A stretch of DNA of 64,000 bases from positions 163,150 to 227,149 of the forward strand of contig JBJOKS010000004.1 of assembly GCA_046045965.1 (NCBI GenBank). The letters are read 5' to 3'. The position numbers were made by a program, and so were the translations under genes. The stretch is from Cyanobacteriota bacterium. Lineage in GTDB: Bacteria > Cyanobacteriota > Cyanobacteriia > Cyanobacteriales > Nostocaceae. Numbering within the stretch: the first letter of the stretch is position 1; each line of letters opens with the position of its first letter. This document shows positions 20,126 to 30,582 of this stretch, in pieces. The notes below the pieces were generated by a model. It had not been told where the DNA came from, searched no databases, and worked only from the letters and a program-made list of their open reading frames with translations.

Positions 20126-21874
20126 TTATTTATTCTTTTCACTATTGCGCTTGAGAGTTTTTTCTGTTAAAGAAACACTCCCAATACCTTGAAGAATACC
20201 ACGGCCAACCAAACCTAAACCACGACCAATTATTTGCGTGAGGATGAAGACAATACCACTACCTAAAAAAGATAATAAAGATTGTACACGAGGTGCGATC
20301 GCATCGCGAAATTCTAGCAGTAATGTCACCACTAAACGAACACCGGAAAGCTTTGCTAACTCTTGGTTACGCGGAGAATAAATTGAGATTTTAGCAATAC
20401 CACGCGGTGCAAAAACAAATAGTTCATAGCGACTTTCAAAAATTGCCTGGGGTTCATTAACATAATTGTTTAACCGATATTTCCAACTTAAATTATTTCT
20501 AAAACGTTCAATTTCTCTGGTAGAAATCAAATGACGGTCATAAAAATTTTGTTTGATGGTTTCTACGTCTGCTAAAAAATTTAGTAATGGTTGTAATACA
20601 CCATTAGCAATCTGAATTAATAAGTTCTCTAAAATCATTGATGCTTGAGAATTTGCTGGTTCAGTACCTGCTGCATAAGATATATTATCAACATATAAAT
20701 CAGTTTGCCAGAGTAGATAAGAAAATAATTCTTCTACCAAAGGAATTTTATTGAGAATTTCCGTTTCTACACCTACTGCATTATTCAATAAAAAAGTGAC
20801 TATTTCTATATTGACATCACCTACAGTTATCCGCGAAAAATTACTATAAAAATCTTTAATTGCTGATGTCCATAAGTGATTTAAGATTTTGTTTCTTAAT
20901 TCAGGTAATTGCTTAATATCAATTTGTGAACTACGTAATTCATCTAATTGTTGAGATACTTTTTGTAAGATGAGATAAAGTAATTCTCTTTTTTTGTCTT
21001 CCCGAAGAATATCAATTTCTAAAGATATATCTGTCAGGTTTTGTAAAGGGAATTGAAGTTTATTGATACAAGATGCAAATAATGTAGATTGTAGTGCTTT
21101 TGGAGTCAGTAAAGGTGGGACAACCGTTTGCATCTGTTGTGGTTCTGGTTTACTAATAGCACTGCTAAGGTAAGAAATAGGTGGAGGTAGTGGTTGAGAT
21201 GTTGATATTGGTTGTCTTTCTTCTGGTGCAGCTAATAAGTGATTAACTAACCAACGTGCAGCTAAAAGTTCTCTTCTTTGTCCTGCAAGAATAGCTTTAT
21301 CTAATATTGGTAGTCCTGGTATTTTTAATTGTGCTGTAACTGCTGTGAGAGTATCATTAATATGATTAATTCCTGAGAAGCGAACATTATTTCTGAGTCT
21401 AGCAAAAGGTAAATGAGATGATAGAGAATTTGTTCCTGTTATTCCTAACCAATAATAACCACCATTGGCTATTTCTTGCATGATGGGGACTAATTCAGAA
21501 ATGGATATACCTTTAGGACAATAGCCATTGACACCATTATTCTTTGCTGCTATGAGTATTTCTGGTGTAGAAACAGAACTCAGCAGCAAAATGGGTATAT
21601 GCGGGTATAAAGCTTTAAGTTGTCTACAAAATTGTAAACCTAACTGCTGAGATTCGCTAGAACTGCCATTTCCCAATTCTAAAACTATTAAATTTACTTG
21701 ATTTTTATCAGGTACGGCAATTTCTGCTAAAACCTGTAATGCTGCGGTATCTGTGGGGACATCCGCTACTACTTGTAGCTGAGAATTTGTTTCTAGTGAT
21801 ACCCTTAATCCTAGACGAAAGATGGGATCTGGGTCGATTAACAATAATTGTAAATGTAAAGGGCGATCGCTCAT
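20126..21874 (-). CDS. DUF3685 (Ycf55-like) protein with N-terminal receiver-like domain
   Basis: LLLID.DPIFRLGL and GYCPKG receiver-like start; C-terminal STREIERFRN.LSW...EP.AIFESRY and GR..GL.GRGILQG.G. Confidence 0.85.
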   Translation of the reverse strand: MSDRPLHLQLLLIDPDPIFRLGLRVSLETNSQLQVVADVPTDTAALQVLAEIAVPDKNQVNLIVLELGNGSSSESQQLGLQFCRQLKALYPHIPILLLSSVSTPEILIAAKNNGVNGYCPKGISISELVPIMQEIANGGYYWLGITGTNSLSSHLPFARLRNNVRFSGINHINDTLTAVTAQLKIPGLPILDKAILAGQRRELLAARWLVNHLLAAPEERQPISTSQPLPPPISYLSSAISKPEPQQMQTVVPPLLTPKALQSTLFASCINKLQFPLQNLTDISLEIDILREDKKRELLYLILQKVSQQLDELRSSQIDIKQLPELRNKILNHLWTSAIKDFYSNFSRITVGDVNIEIVTFLLNNAVGVETEILNKIPLVEELFSYLLWQTDLYVDNISYAAGTEPANSQASMILENLLIQIANGVLQPLLNFLADVETIKQNFYDRHLISTREIERFRNNLSWKYRLNNYVNEPQAIFESRYELFVFAPRGIAKISIYSPRNQELAKLSGVRLVVTLLLEFRDAIAPRVQSLLSFLGSGIVFILTQIIGRGLGLVGRGILQGIGSVSLTEKTLKRNSEKNK

Positions 21875-22052
21875 AGTCAGGTCAAATACAGATAGACTTT
21901 CCAGCCATCAGTTGTCAGTGGAAAAAGCAAGACACAAGAGGCAATTAATTCTTTTCATCTCCCCATCTTCCCATCTTCCCATCTCCTTGCACTCTTGTCA
22001 CTTATTACTTTTTGCCTGAAATTCAAGGCTGAAGGCGATCACCTGTCACCAA

Positions 22053-22496
22053 TCATGATTGTAGGTTGCGGTGTCCAAAAAAGTTAATGCTGTAGCCACT
22101 AATTTTGACTCCTGTTTGTGCCTCAACTTGCTGTATCAACTCTGCCGGTAGTTCTATATGTACATCTAGTATTTGATTTGTATCTACACAATTGACATGG
22201 CTATGAGCATCACTGATATTACCATATAAACGGCCATCGCAATGTTCAATACACTCAATAATACCCTGACTGGATAGAGCTTCTAAATTTTGATAAACCG
22301 AAGTATGGCCAATCTCTTTACCTTGTTGGTTTAAGCGATCATAAATCTCTCTAGCAGAAAGATGTTCATTCGCTTGCCAGAGTAATTCTAGAATAAAACG
22401 GCGCTGGCGGCTGACGCGCATACCAAGCATTTGACACCGATCTATAGCCTCTTCTAAGGAACGAATTGCTTTTGTAGAAATAGCTGGTTTTTGCAT
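22053..22496 (-). CDS. furC: Fur-family regulator FurC (PerR-like)
   Basis: RVSRQRRFILELLWQANEHLSAREIYDRL...HTSVYQNLEAL...HSHVNC matches Anabaena FurC as recalled. Confidence 0.88.
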   Translation of the reverse strand: MQKPAISTKAIRSLEEAIDRCQMLGMRVSRQRRFILELLWQANEHLSAREIYDRLNQQGKEIGHTSVYQNLEALSSQGIIECIEHCDGRLYGNISDAHSHVNCVDTNQILDVHIELPAELIQQVEAQTGVKISGYSINFFGHRNLQS

Positions 22497-23041
22497 ATTT
22501 CAGTTTTAACTGTAGGAATAGTTTTCCGATTTAATGACAATTGCTAATTTTTATACGTGAGAATATTACATAGATCAGGAGTCAGGAGTCAGGAGTAAAA
22601 CTGGCTTTGTGTATGTTTCAATGTAGATGCTGTACCTCATTGATCTGCAATCTGCTGTATTTACAATACATTTTTTTGCTTATAGCTGTATTGGTGATAC
22701 TCAATACCCCTCTAATCACAAGTTTGAGCAAGTTTGAACTTTAACTGAAGGTTGCTTGATTACATCCTAACTCTAAAACAAACTCATTACAACTTTAGCT
22801 TACAAATGCTGTAAATGTCCAGGCTTGGGGGTATATTTTGGTAAAATATATATACAATCATCAATTGTCAATGGTACAAATACTCAAAAAATCTAAGGTA
22901 TTAGAATAAATTCCTATGTGAATTATAGGTAAAAGCTGATATATACGTTAAATCAACAGATAGTAGCATCAATACCGAAAAGCTGCTACTGTTGATTCTG
23001 GATACCACATTTTAGCAATCCAGAAAGCGGCTAAAAAGTCA

Positions 23042-23524
23042 ATGACAATCACAATCAGCCTCAATCACAACTGCATTAACAATCTAGATTTGTCACCTGT
23101 ATTAACGGTAATTGAACCACTGCTGCAAGAGGAATCCATTACATCCCAGGAACAGCAACTGCGCTTTGAAATTAACTATAAACAGGAAGCAAATGATCCA
23201 AGGGAACTTTCAGAAATTCCAGAGGTAAGGTTGTGGTTTGTGCGTTTAGATGCTAAATATCCGTGGTTGCCATTTTTACTTGACTGGAAAGCCGGTGAAT
23301 TAGCGCGTTATGCTGCTATGTTAGTACCCCATCAATTTAGTGCTAAAGAAGGTATACAGTATAACCCTGAAGCCTTAGAAATTTTTTTGATGCACAAAAT
23401 TTTTATTTTGAGTGCTTGGTTAAAACAGCAAAATATCCCCACTCAATTTCGGCTTAAGTCTCTAGCACAAATCTTGGGTTATGAATTAGAAGATGCTTTT
23501 TTTGAAATGATTGAAAAAAGATAG
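23042..23524 (+). CDS. crr6: CRR6-family NdhI maturation factor (DUF1817)
   Basis: DPRELSEIPEVRLWFVRLDA.YPW.P..LDW..GEL.RY.AMLVPHQF signature. Confidence 0.88.
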   Translation: MTITISLNHNCINNLDLSPVLTVIEPLLQEESITSQEQQLRFEINYKQEANDPRELSEIPEVRLWFVRLDAKYPWLPFLLDWKAGELARYAAMLVPHQFSAKEGIQYNPEALEIFLMHKIFILSAWLKQQNIPTQFRLKSLAQILGYELEDAFFEMIEKR

Positions 23525-23702
23525 GAATTTAGGAATTTAGGAGTCAGGAGTCAGGAGTCAGGAATTAAGAAGTGTTCAGATTAATTTTTATGCTCCAATC
23601 CCAAGTAAAATTCAAAGTTCAGAGAATGCAAAAAAAATGAATTAAAAATTCTTAATTAATTTTGAATTTTGAATTTTGAATTTTGAATTGGAGCAAAGCG
23701 AC

Positions 23703-24662
23703 TCAACCTCCCCAGATTTTTTCTAGAACAGTTGCGGGTGCAATATCAGCTGGTTTTCCAGTAGGAGATTTGATCGCTAGGAACTTATCACTTGTTGGTA
23801 ATATCTTTCCTGGATCTGGAGAACCAAGTATGGCAATAGTATAGGTTTGTACAGCTACAGCTAGTTGTAGCGGCGCACTGTGGGTAGAAAGCATCAAACT
23901 TGCACCACCAATGATGGCAGTTAATTTGCCAATATCATCAGTTGCAATTACTTTAATACCTGGACAAGCTTCTAGAAGCGATGAGACAAATTTCTCATCA
24001 TCAGTTTCTTTAATTACCATTACGGGTAAATCAGGCTGTTTGCGTTGAAAATCTTGAATAATTTGCTGCCAACTAGCTACAGGATAGCTGGTATCAGCAC
24101 CATTGACTTGGGACAACTTGCCAGAACCGCCATAAATGAGAATGTAGCCTGTTTCATTGATACCCAAGCGTTTTTGTTGTTGTTGCGTCCATTCAATATC
24201 CGGTTTCAGTAGATTTACTGCTAACTGTGGGCAAGGTGTGTGAATACCCAAAGGTTGCAATAGGTCATGATACATGGCCGCTATATATTGGGATGTGTTT
24301 GCAGATACAACATTGGTGAGAAAACCTGCACCTTTGCCTTTGAAACCAATACGTGTGGGAATTCCGGTTAACCAGAGAAACAAACCTACAAACCAACTTT
24401 CTCCAGCAGTAATGGCAATATCATATTCGCGATCGCGAATTGTTCCCACCAAGTTACCCCAATCTGCTAAACTATTACGATCTTTGTAATCAAAGGTCAA
24501 TACCTCGTGAACTGACTTGCTCACTCGGTAGGCAGCCTTTGACCGGGGTTCCACAACGACATCTATCTGCGCGTCGGGATACGAACGCTTCAGATCATCC
24601 AAAGTGGGAAAAAAGAGAATTTGGTCGCCAAGTGAACCAGGTACAAGGGCTACTACTCGCAT
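23703..24662 (-). CDS. Glycosyltransferase family 9 (heptosyltransferase-like)
   Basis: LGD..LFFP.L..LK..YP.A.ID; SAP.(H/Q)LAVA motif. Confidence 0.85.
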   Translation of the reverse strand: MRVVALVPGSLGDQILFFPTLDDLKRSYPDAQIDVVVEPRSKAAYRVSKSVHEVLTFDYKDRNSLADWGNLVGTIRDREYDIAITAGESWFVGLFLWLTGIPTRIGFKGKGAGFLTNVVSANTSQYIAAMYHDLLQPLGIHTPCPQLAVNLLKPDIEWTQQQQKRLGINETGYILIYGGSGKLSQVNGADTSYPVASWQQIIQDFQRKQPDLPVMVIKETDDEKFVSSLLEACPGIKVIATDDIGKLTAIIGGASLMLSTHSAPLQLAVAVQTYTIAILGSPDPGKILPTSDKFLAIKSPTGKPADIAPATVLEKIWGG

Positions 24663-24902
24663 AAATAATATATTTATTGACGCTTATCGTCCTTATTTTA
24701 GGGGAAATGGGGAATGGTGATTGGTAATTGGGAAAGAAGGGAACAGGGAACAGGGAACAGGGAACAGGGAACAGGCAAAAGATAAATATATCCTTCCCCT
24801 GCTTCCCCTGCTTCCCCTGCTTCCCCTGCTCTCTTCCCAGTCCCCAGTCCCTAGTCCCCAGTCCCCAGTCCCCAGTCCCCAGTTAAAAAATCGAGGAAAG
24901 TT

Positions 24903-25592
24903 GTGTATTTATTAATTCCCGCCGCAGGTAGTGGCAAAAGAATGGGTGCTGATCGCAATAAACTTTTACTACAGGTACGCTCAAAAACTCTCATTGCTTG
25001 GACTTTGTTAGCTGCGGAAGCTGCGAGTGCTATTAGTTGGATCGGGATTATTTCCCAACCTCACGACTGGGATGACTTTAAGGCAATTTTGGCTGATTTA
25101 AAGCTCTCTAAACCAGTGGAATTTATTCCCGGTGGTAGTACCAGGCAAGAGTCGGTTTACAATGGCTTGCTGGCTCTCCCAGAGGCTGCTGAACAAGTAT
25201 TAATTCATGATGGGGCGCGATGTTTAGCTACACCTGATTTACTCAATGCTTGTGCTGAAGCTATTCGTCATTGTCCGGGGTTAATTGCAGCTATCCCTGT
25301 GAAAGACACAATTAAAGTTGTGGATGAAAACGGTATAATTGAAAGTACACCTAACCGAGAACAACTTTGGGCGGCTCAAACTCCCCAAGGATTTAACGTT
25401 AAGCTGTTAAAAGAATGTCATGCTGAAGGTGTGCGTCAAGGGTGGGAAGTGACGGATGATGCAGCTTTGTTTGAAAGATGCGGGATTGAAGTACGGATAG
25501 TACCAGGAGAGGAAACTAATTTGAAAGTGACGACTCCTCAAGATTTAGCGATCGCTGAATTTATTCTGAGTCACAGAAATTTGTCAATTTAG
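24903..25592 (+). CDS. ispD: 2-C-methyl-D-erythritol 4-phosphate cytidylyltransferase
   Basis: PAAGSG.RMG, GG.TRQESV, IHDGARC, QTPQGF, TDDA and N.K.TTP.DL motifs. Confidence 0.96.
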   Translation: MYLLIPAAGSGKRMGADRNKLLLQVRSKTLIAWTLLAAEAASAISWIGIISQPHDWDDFKAILADLKLSKPVEFIPGGSTRQESVYNGLLALPEAAEQVLIHDGARCLATPDLLNACAEAIRHCPGLIAAIPVKDTIKVVDENGIIESTPNREQLWAAQTPQGFNVKLLKECHAEGVRQGWEVTDDAALFERCGIEVRIVPGEETNLKVTTPQDLAIAEFILSHRNLSI

Positions 25593-25608
25593 CGATCAGT
25601 AAATAATC

Positions 25609-25953
25609 CTATGGGGAAGTACCGGGAGATGTTGTACCTCCTGGGGAAGTACCGGGAGATGTTGGACCTCCTGGGGAAGTACCGGGAGATGTTGGACCTC
25701 CTGGGGAAGGTACAGGATTAGCAAGAATTGATTGAGCAGTATTATCTGCACCAAAGAAAGTATCAACTCCATCTAATGCTGAATTAACAAAGTCAGCAAA
25801 GCCAAATTTTTGTTTTCTTTCTTGTTCAAAAAATGATGGTTTAGGACGACGGATTTGAGGTTTATTTTCTTCGGCTTGGATGTGATTTGTGAATAACGTG
25901 ATGCTGGTGACAATTAATGTAATTCCCAGCAATTTAGTAATAGATGTTTTCAT
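25609..25953 (-). CDS. Small exported hypothetical protein with Pro/Gly/Ser/Thr C-terminal repeats
   Basis: Signal peptide (..IQA/EE); starts 15 bp after the porin stop; (PGGPTSPGTS)x3 tail. Confidence 0.7.
   Translation of the reverse strand: MKTSITKLLGITLIVTSITLFTNHIQAEENKPQIRRPKPSFFEQERKQKFGFADFVNSALDGVDTFFGADNTAQSILANPVPSPGGPTSPGTSPGGPTSPGTSPGGTTSPGTSP
25612..25709. repeat. 30-bp tandem repeat x3.3 (coding)
   Basis: TGGGGAAGTACCGGGAGATGTTG(T/G)ACCTCC at 25612, 25642 and 25672, plus a partial copy. Confidence 0.95.
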
Positions 25954-25968
25954 TTTTTTCTGCCTTCA

Positions 25969-27768
25969 TTAAAAACGGAAAGTAGTACGCAATACACCAA
26001 CATAAATTGTATTGTTTGCTTCTATGTTATTGGGATTGGTCACCAGGAAGAATCCAGGAGTGATGGAAATGCGATCATTGACAGTTAAACGATAAAATGT
26101 CTCTATATGATAGGAGTCGGCATTGTCCAGTACACCACCATTTGCATTGACTAATGTTGGTTGTTGACCCAACATGATGGCAAATAAATCTCTGTCATCT
26201 CTACCCAAAGGATTAGATAATCCCAGAGAAAACATAAAATTTGAACTGACAGCAAAAGCATCAGTTTCAGCAGCTTGAGTAGAAGTTAATCCACCCCAAC
26301 TAGCAAAAGTTAATTTGGGAGTAATTCGCCATTGTAGTGTACCACCAAAAGCATGAATAATAGCTGGTTGATTAATGAATCCAGAAGCATCAGCGATCGC
26401 ACTACCTGTAAAGGTATTTAAACGACCATCAGGACTATAACTATAGATATAACTCAATCCTGTAGCTATATCATTTCCGGGTAAAAAGAATAACTGAACT
26501 CCTGTAGCATGGGAACCTGTACCTAAAACTGCTCCCAGTTGAGGATTATTACCATTGCTGACCCCATGAGCAATTTGCAAACGCATTCTGTCATTCAGTA
26601 AATAATCGATCCCGATACCCGAATCTAAAGCACCTATTTTAAAGATGGGATTAGATTCAGCAAAACGGGAAATTGCACCGCGTCCTGTGTCAAAATAAGG
26701 AGAGTTAGGACTGAGGACATTACTTAAACTAAACCCCACAGGTTTGATAGTAAAAACTGCCCGATCACCTAAAGCTGCAAACCTATATTCTAGGTTAGAT
26801 AATTGGATGCTATTGTTATAGCCTACTTGATAGGAAAGTAAGGCTGTATTAGTATTTAATATATTCGGATTAGCAAAACCCAAATTATCAAAATTACCGG
26901 AAGCTAATTCTAGTCTAAACCGATCTTTACCTGTGAAACTAGAAACTAGTTGTATTCTTGTTAAATGGTTAATAACTGCATTTGATTGACCTGTACCTGG
27001 AGGACTACCACCAAAAGCTTGAGCGGCGGCAAAAATCACTTCTCCACCAATTAAAGTAGTAGTGGAAAATTGATTGTTTTCTAATACGGCAGTTTTAGCT
27101 TCTAGTGTATCTATTCTTTGTGTTAATATGGATAATTCGGTAGTAAAATCTTCTCGCAGTTTTTGGATAGTTGTTAAATCATCTGGGTTGATTAAATTAC
27201 TGGTATTGGCAGCAATTATTTCTTGCATTTTTTCTAAACAACTATTTAAAATGCTGGCAAATTCATAGCGAGTTAAGCTGCGATTTCCTTTAAAAGTTCC
27301 ATCAGGATAGGGAGAAATGCAATTATAATTTTTAATGAGATTGCTTAAAGCTTCATAAGCCCAATCTTGAGGTGTAACATCAGTAAACTGAGAAACATTA
27401 TTCACTGGACTTGATAGGGTGTCATTTGTCAGATCATTATTTTCCTGACTCAATAAATTATCAGCTAAATTGCTATCTGTGAGATTGTTTAAATCTTCAG
27501 AATTGTCAGATACAATTAAGTTCTTTTCATTAACTGGAGATGGTTCTGTAGTATCAGTAATCAATAAATCCTTGGCTACAGTATTTTTGGGAACATTACT
27601 TAAATATTCCGAACTTACAGATATAATAGGGTTATTTGTATGAAGTTGAGGTGGTTCTGCTTTGACGAAACCAGCAGAATTTGCCAAAATCAAAGTAGAT
27701 AAAACGAGGATACCGCTTTGTAAACCTTGCTTTTTGTGTTTCTCGTCGGTGGTTGATGGTAGTTGCAT
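25969..27768 (-). CDS. SLH-domain cyanobacterial porin (OprB/iron-uptake porin family)
   Basis: F.DV.P.DWAYEAL...YPDGTF.GNR.LTRYEFA SLH motif, coiled coil, QFSTTT, C-terminal G.LRTTF.F. Confidence 0.93.
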   Translation of the reverse strand: MQLPSTTDEKHKKQGLQSGILVLSTLILANSAGFVKAEPPQLHTNNPIISVSSEYLSNVPKNTVAKDLLITDTTEPSPVNEKNLIVSDNSEDLNNLTDSNLADNLLSQENNDLTNDTLSSPVNNVSQFTDVTPQDWAYEALSNLIKNYNCISPYPDGTFKGNRSLTRYEFASILNSCLEKMQEIIAANTSNLINPDDLTTIQKLREDFTTELSILTQRIDTLEAKTAVLENNQFSTTTLIGGEVIFAAAQAFGGSPPGTGQSNAVINHLTRIQLVSSFTGKDRFRLELASGNFDNLGFANPNILNTNTALLSYQVGYNNSIQLSNLEYRFAALGDRAVFTIKPVGFSLSNVLSPNSPYFDTGRGAISRFAESNPIFKIGALDSGIGIDYLLNDRMRLQIAHGVSNGNNPQLGAVLGTGSHATGVQLFFLPGNDIATGLSYIYSYSPDGRLNTFTGSAIADASGFINQPAIIHAFGGTLQWRITPKLTFASWGGLTSTQAAETDAFAVSSNFMFSLGLSNPLGRDDRDLFAIMLGQQPTLVNANGGVLDNADSYHIETFYRLTVNDRISITPGFFLVTNPNNIEANNTIYVGVLRTTFRF

Positions 27769-27886
27769 GAATATTTTACCCTTGATTAATAGTGACTAGA
27801 AGAAATTTGCAGAACAAGATGATGGTGATAAATAGTAAGTAATTCAGGGTGAAGAATCTCAAATATGTAACAAAAAGTAAAATTAC

Positions 27887-28855
27887 TCAATTGCAATCTG
27901 GTTGATCAATTAATACACTAGGAGAACAGTCGTGTAATGGTGTTCTCAGATCGCTGAAAAGTTTATAAATATCTTCAATTACATCTGCTTTGGCTTTACT
28001 TTTTCTACCTTGTTCAATTACTGCCAATTTAACTGGAGGTGGATTAAAAGCTAATTGAATACGCTTAGATTCAACTTGGCTAATTAGGTGGATACCTTGA
28101 ATACCACAGCTATTATCAGTATTAATTTCTGGATCAACACAGTATGTAACTTTTTTTCTACCCCGGCCATGAATTCCTACTAATTCACCCTGAGCATTAA
28201 AAATTGGACTGCCACTCATACCCGGTCGGGTATAGTTACTATAAAGCAAATTATAGCCACCATCATCCATAGGAGATGGATCAATCTTTGCTACTATTCC
28301 TGATATAAATTGGCGTTGTCTACGAGCGGTTAAATCTTCAGGTGCAGGCCAACCGGAAATAAATACTCTATCGTTGGTGTTTAGTTGCAATGAATTACCC
28401 ATAACTGCTACTGGATAATCACGATTACTGGTAAATTTTACCAAAGCTAAATCAAATCCGGGAATGGGTTTTTCATTGCTTTCATAATTACCAAATCTAA
28501 TCATATTGTTATCCTGATCTATGACCTGATATACTTCACCATCAGGAGTTCTCACACCCCATCTACCACCGATAATTGGTTGTTTAACAACGTGGGTATT
28601 GGTGACAACATAATAGGTATTACCTTGATGGCCAACAATGACACCAGAACCGGGATTAAATTCGCGTTTTTCTTCTAAATCTCCTTTCTGTAATTTTTTA
28701 CCAATTAAAACTGTGACTTGAGAAGACATATTATCTATGTCCTCTGAACTTATTGCTACAGATGGAACAGCAGAGAGGATAACTAATATTGCTGCGGTGA
28801 AAGTTATTAATAGTAGATGTAATCTACGAAGATGATGCAAAAAAAGGTTTGGCAT
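27887..28855 (-). CDS. Exported trypsin-like (S1) serine protease, no PDZ domain
   Basis: Signal peptide; GSGVI, TN.HVV (His), DLAL..F (Asp), GMSGSP (Ser), LVGIHG. Confidence 0.9.
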   Translation of the reverse strand: MPNLFLHHLRRLHLLLITFTAAILVILSAVPSVAISSEDIDNMSSQVTVLIGKKLQKGDLEEKREFNPGSGVIVGHQGNTYYVVTNTHVVKQPIIGGRWGVRTPDGEVYQVIDQDNNMIRFGNYESNEKPIPGFDLALVKFTSNRDYPVAVMGNSLQLNTNDRVFISGWPAPEDLTARRQRQFISGIVAKIDPSPMDDGGYNLLYSNYTRPGMSGSPIFNAQGELVGIHGRGRKKVTYCVDPEINTDNSCGIQGIHLISQVESKRIQLAFNPPPVKLAVIEQGRKSKAKADVIEDIYKLFSDLRTPLHDCSPSVLIDQPDCN

Positions 28856-28896
28856 TTTTATTGTATCAAATAATATGAATTAAATCAATTGATTAT

Positions 28897-29730
28897 CTAG
28901 GGAATGTTCAGCTTTTGGAGGGTGGAAATAGGGATAGCCCAACTTAAAGTTGACATTTTCAAAAACTCTTCTTGGGATGGTTGACTACCATCAGTAAAAA
29001 CATAGGCATCGATACCATCAAAAGGATGTTTTAGGCGACCATTAATACCAATTAAACGCCCCTGTTCATCTAAAACTGGACCACCACTCATACCGTTTTC
29101 TACATCATTTGTATATCCCAGTTGATAGCCTGTAAATAATGAGCGATTGGGCAGCATTTCTAGAGTTCCAGTTGTAACTTTCAATGCTTTCAAACCCCAT
29201 TCACGAGTGCTGACTGGGTTGCTAGAATTAACCCAATACCAGTTAGGAAATCCAGCTGCATAAATAGATTGTCCTAATAGTAAAGTATGGGAGTTTCCGA
29301 TTTTAGCAACTCGATAATTTTGGGAACTGGTAAATTGAAGAATTGCCAAATCTAAGTTTGCAAACTGAGGATAATTAATCCGTTTTGCTGGATGGGTGAT
29401 ACCATCAGATGTGAGTAATTTGTATTGGTAGTCCCAGGTGTCGGCAACGACATGATTATTAGTTAAAACTGTATATGTTTGTCCTTGATGAGATATAATT
29501 ATGCCTGAACCTATGCCGGGATTGGTGATGATTCGGACTGTAATTTGTCTGGCTATTTCCTGGGGATTTACATTTAGTTTTTCTGGACTGAGGGTTAATA
29601 AAATCTTGGGTAAACTAATGTGTGATTTTGTTTTTGTGATGGGAGGACTAGCAACTGCGGAAAGTAGACTAGCTAAGATGGCGATCGCTAATAGAGTAAC
29701 AGTTAGGGTTTGCTGAAAAAGGTTTTTCAT
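28897..29730 (-). CDS. Exported trypsin-like (S1) serine protease, no PDZ domain
   Basis: Signal peptide; GSGII, TNNHVV, DLAILQF, GMSGGP, LIGING. Confidence 0.9.
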   Translation of the reverse strand: MKNLFQQTLTVTLLAIAILASLLSAVASPPITKTKSHISLPKILLTLSPEKLNVNPQEIARQITVRIITNPGIGSGIIISHQGQTYTVLTNNHVVADTWDYQYKLLTSDGITHPAKRINYPQFANLDLAILQFTSSQNYRVAKIGNSHTLLLGQSIYAAGFPNWYWVNSSNPVSTREWGLKALKVTTGTLEMLPNRSLFTGYQLGYTNDVENGMSGGPVLDEQGRLIGINGRLKHPFDGIDAYVFTDGSQPSQEEFLKMSTLSWAIPISTLQKLNIP

Positions 29731-29827
29731 GAAAGAGCAGAGTAACGTAAGTGATAGAGTAGCAGGTGGGAGAGGAAGTTACTAATTTCGAGAATCTTTT
29801 ATTCATCAAACCCTATTAAATCGATTA

Positions 29828-30520
29828 TTATTCAAAACCGCCACTACTAGGAGTTTCAGGATTAACAAACGGTTCTATATTTTCTGGATTTTGCGGTTGT
29901 TCGTCTGTTGATGGAGATGCTTGCAGGCGTAGTTCTGCCCATTCACCTAAGTCTACAATTACTTGTTCACCAGAGTCTTCATTGATTGTTCCTGAACCTG
30001 CAACACCAATGTTTAATAATTGGCCAAGAATACGACCTGCAACCCTTTCATTTTCACGTTTGAGTGTAAATAATTGATTGCTGCCATTACATTCTACTTC
30101 ACCTGGTTTGAGCGCACAAATCACTATTCTGCCATTCACAGGACCATTAGTTAAACGCAGATTAGAAAACTTACCACCATTGCTTTGGATGAGGGCATTT
30201 AATTTGTTGGAAACTATATTACAACGATTGGCAGGTGTGTACTCTGGACCAAATTCTGCTGTATTCCAAGCAATGAGTACAGCTGCATTATTTCCTTGTC
30301 TAGCAACAGTCATTAAATTTTCGCACTGCACTGAGCTATTAGGTTTTGGTTTGGGTATATTTGTGGGGATGGTGCTAGGTCTGGTAGTTGGATTAATAAC
30401 AGGAGGAGAAGCAGTACCACCACCAACGGTTGGTCTGGCTTCAGCTATAGATGTAAATACAAGAATGTGAGATAAAGCTAAAGCAAGAAGAGGAAAATTA
30501 ATGGTAAAGTTGGATTTCAT
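29828..30520 (-). CDS. COP23 (circadian oscillating protein 23) domain protein, exported
   Basis: C....T......I.W....FG...TP..RC..VS......L..G..NG..VICA......C....LFTL pattern; signal peptide AEA/R. Confidence 0.85.
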   Translation of the reverse strand: MKSNFTINFPLLALALSHILVFTSIAEARPTVGGGTASPPVINPTTRPSTIPTNIPKPKPNSSVQCENLMTVARQGNNAAVLIAWNTAEFGPEYTPANRCNIVSNKLNALIQSNGGKFSNLRLTNGPVNGRIVICALKPGEVECNGSNQLFTLKRENERVAGRILGQLLNIGVAGSGTINEDSGEQVIVDLGEWAELRLQASPSTDEQPQNPENIEPFVNPETPSSGGFE

Positions 30521-30582
30521 TTTTTTACACCTGATTAATCAAATTTTTCAAATATTCTGACTCTTGACTCTTGACACAAATC

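Noticed and set aside
22497..23041. NtcA boxes between furC and crr6
   Set aside because: The GTA..TAC pairs checked have 7- or 9-nt spacers, not 8.
24721..24915. ORFs made of GTGNRE/PSPQSP or VIGHWSL repeats (also 32906-33121, 35890-36171, 8861-9088)
   Set aside because: These are translations of STRR arrays, not credible genes.
25612..25709. 30-bp repeats as a CRISPR array
   Set aside because: The units are head-to-tail with no spacers, lie in frame within an ORF, and no cas genes are present.
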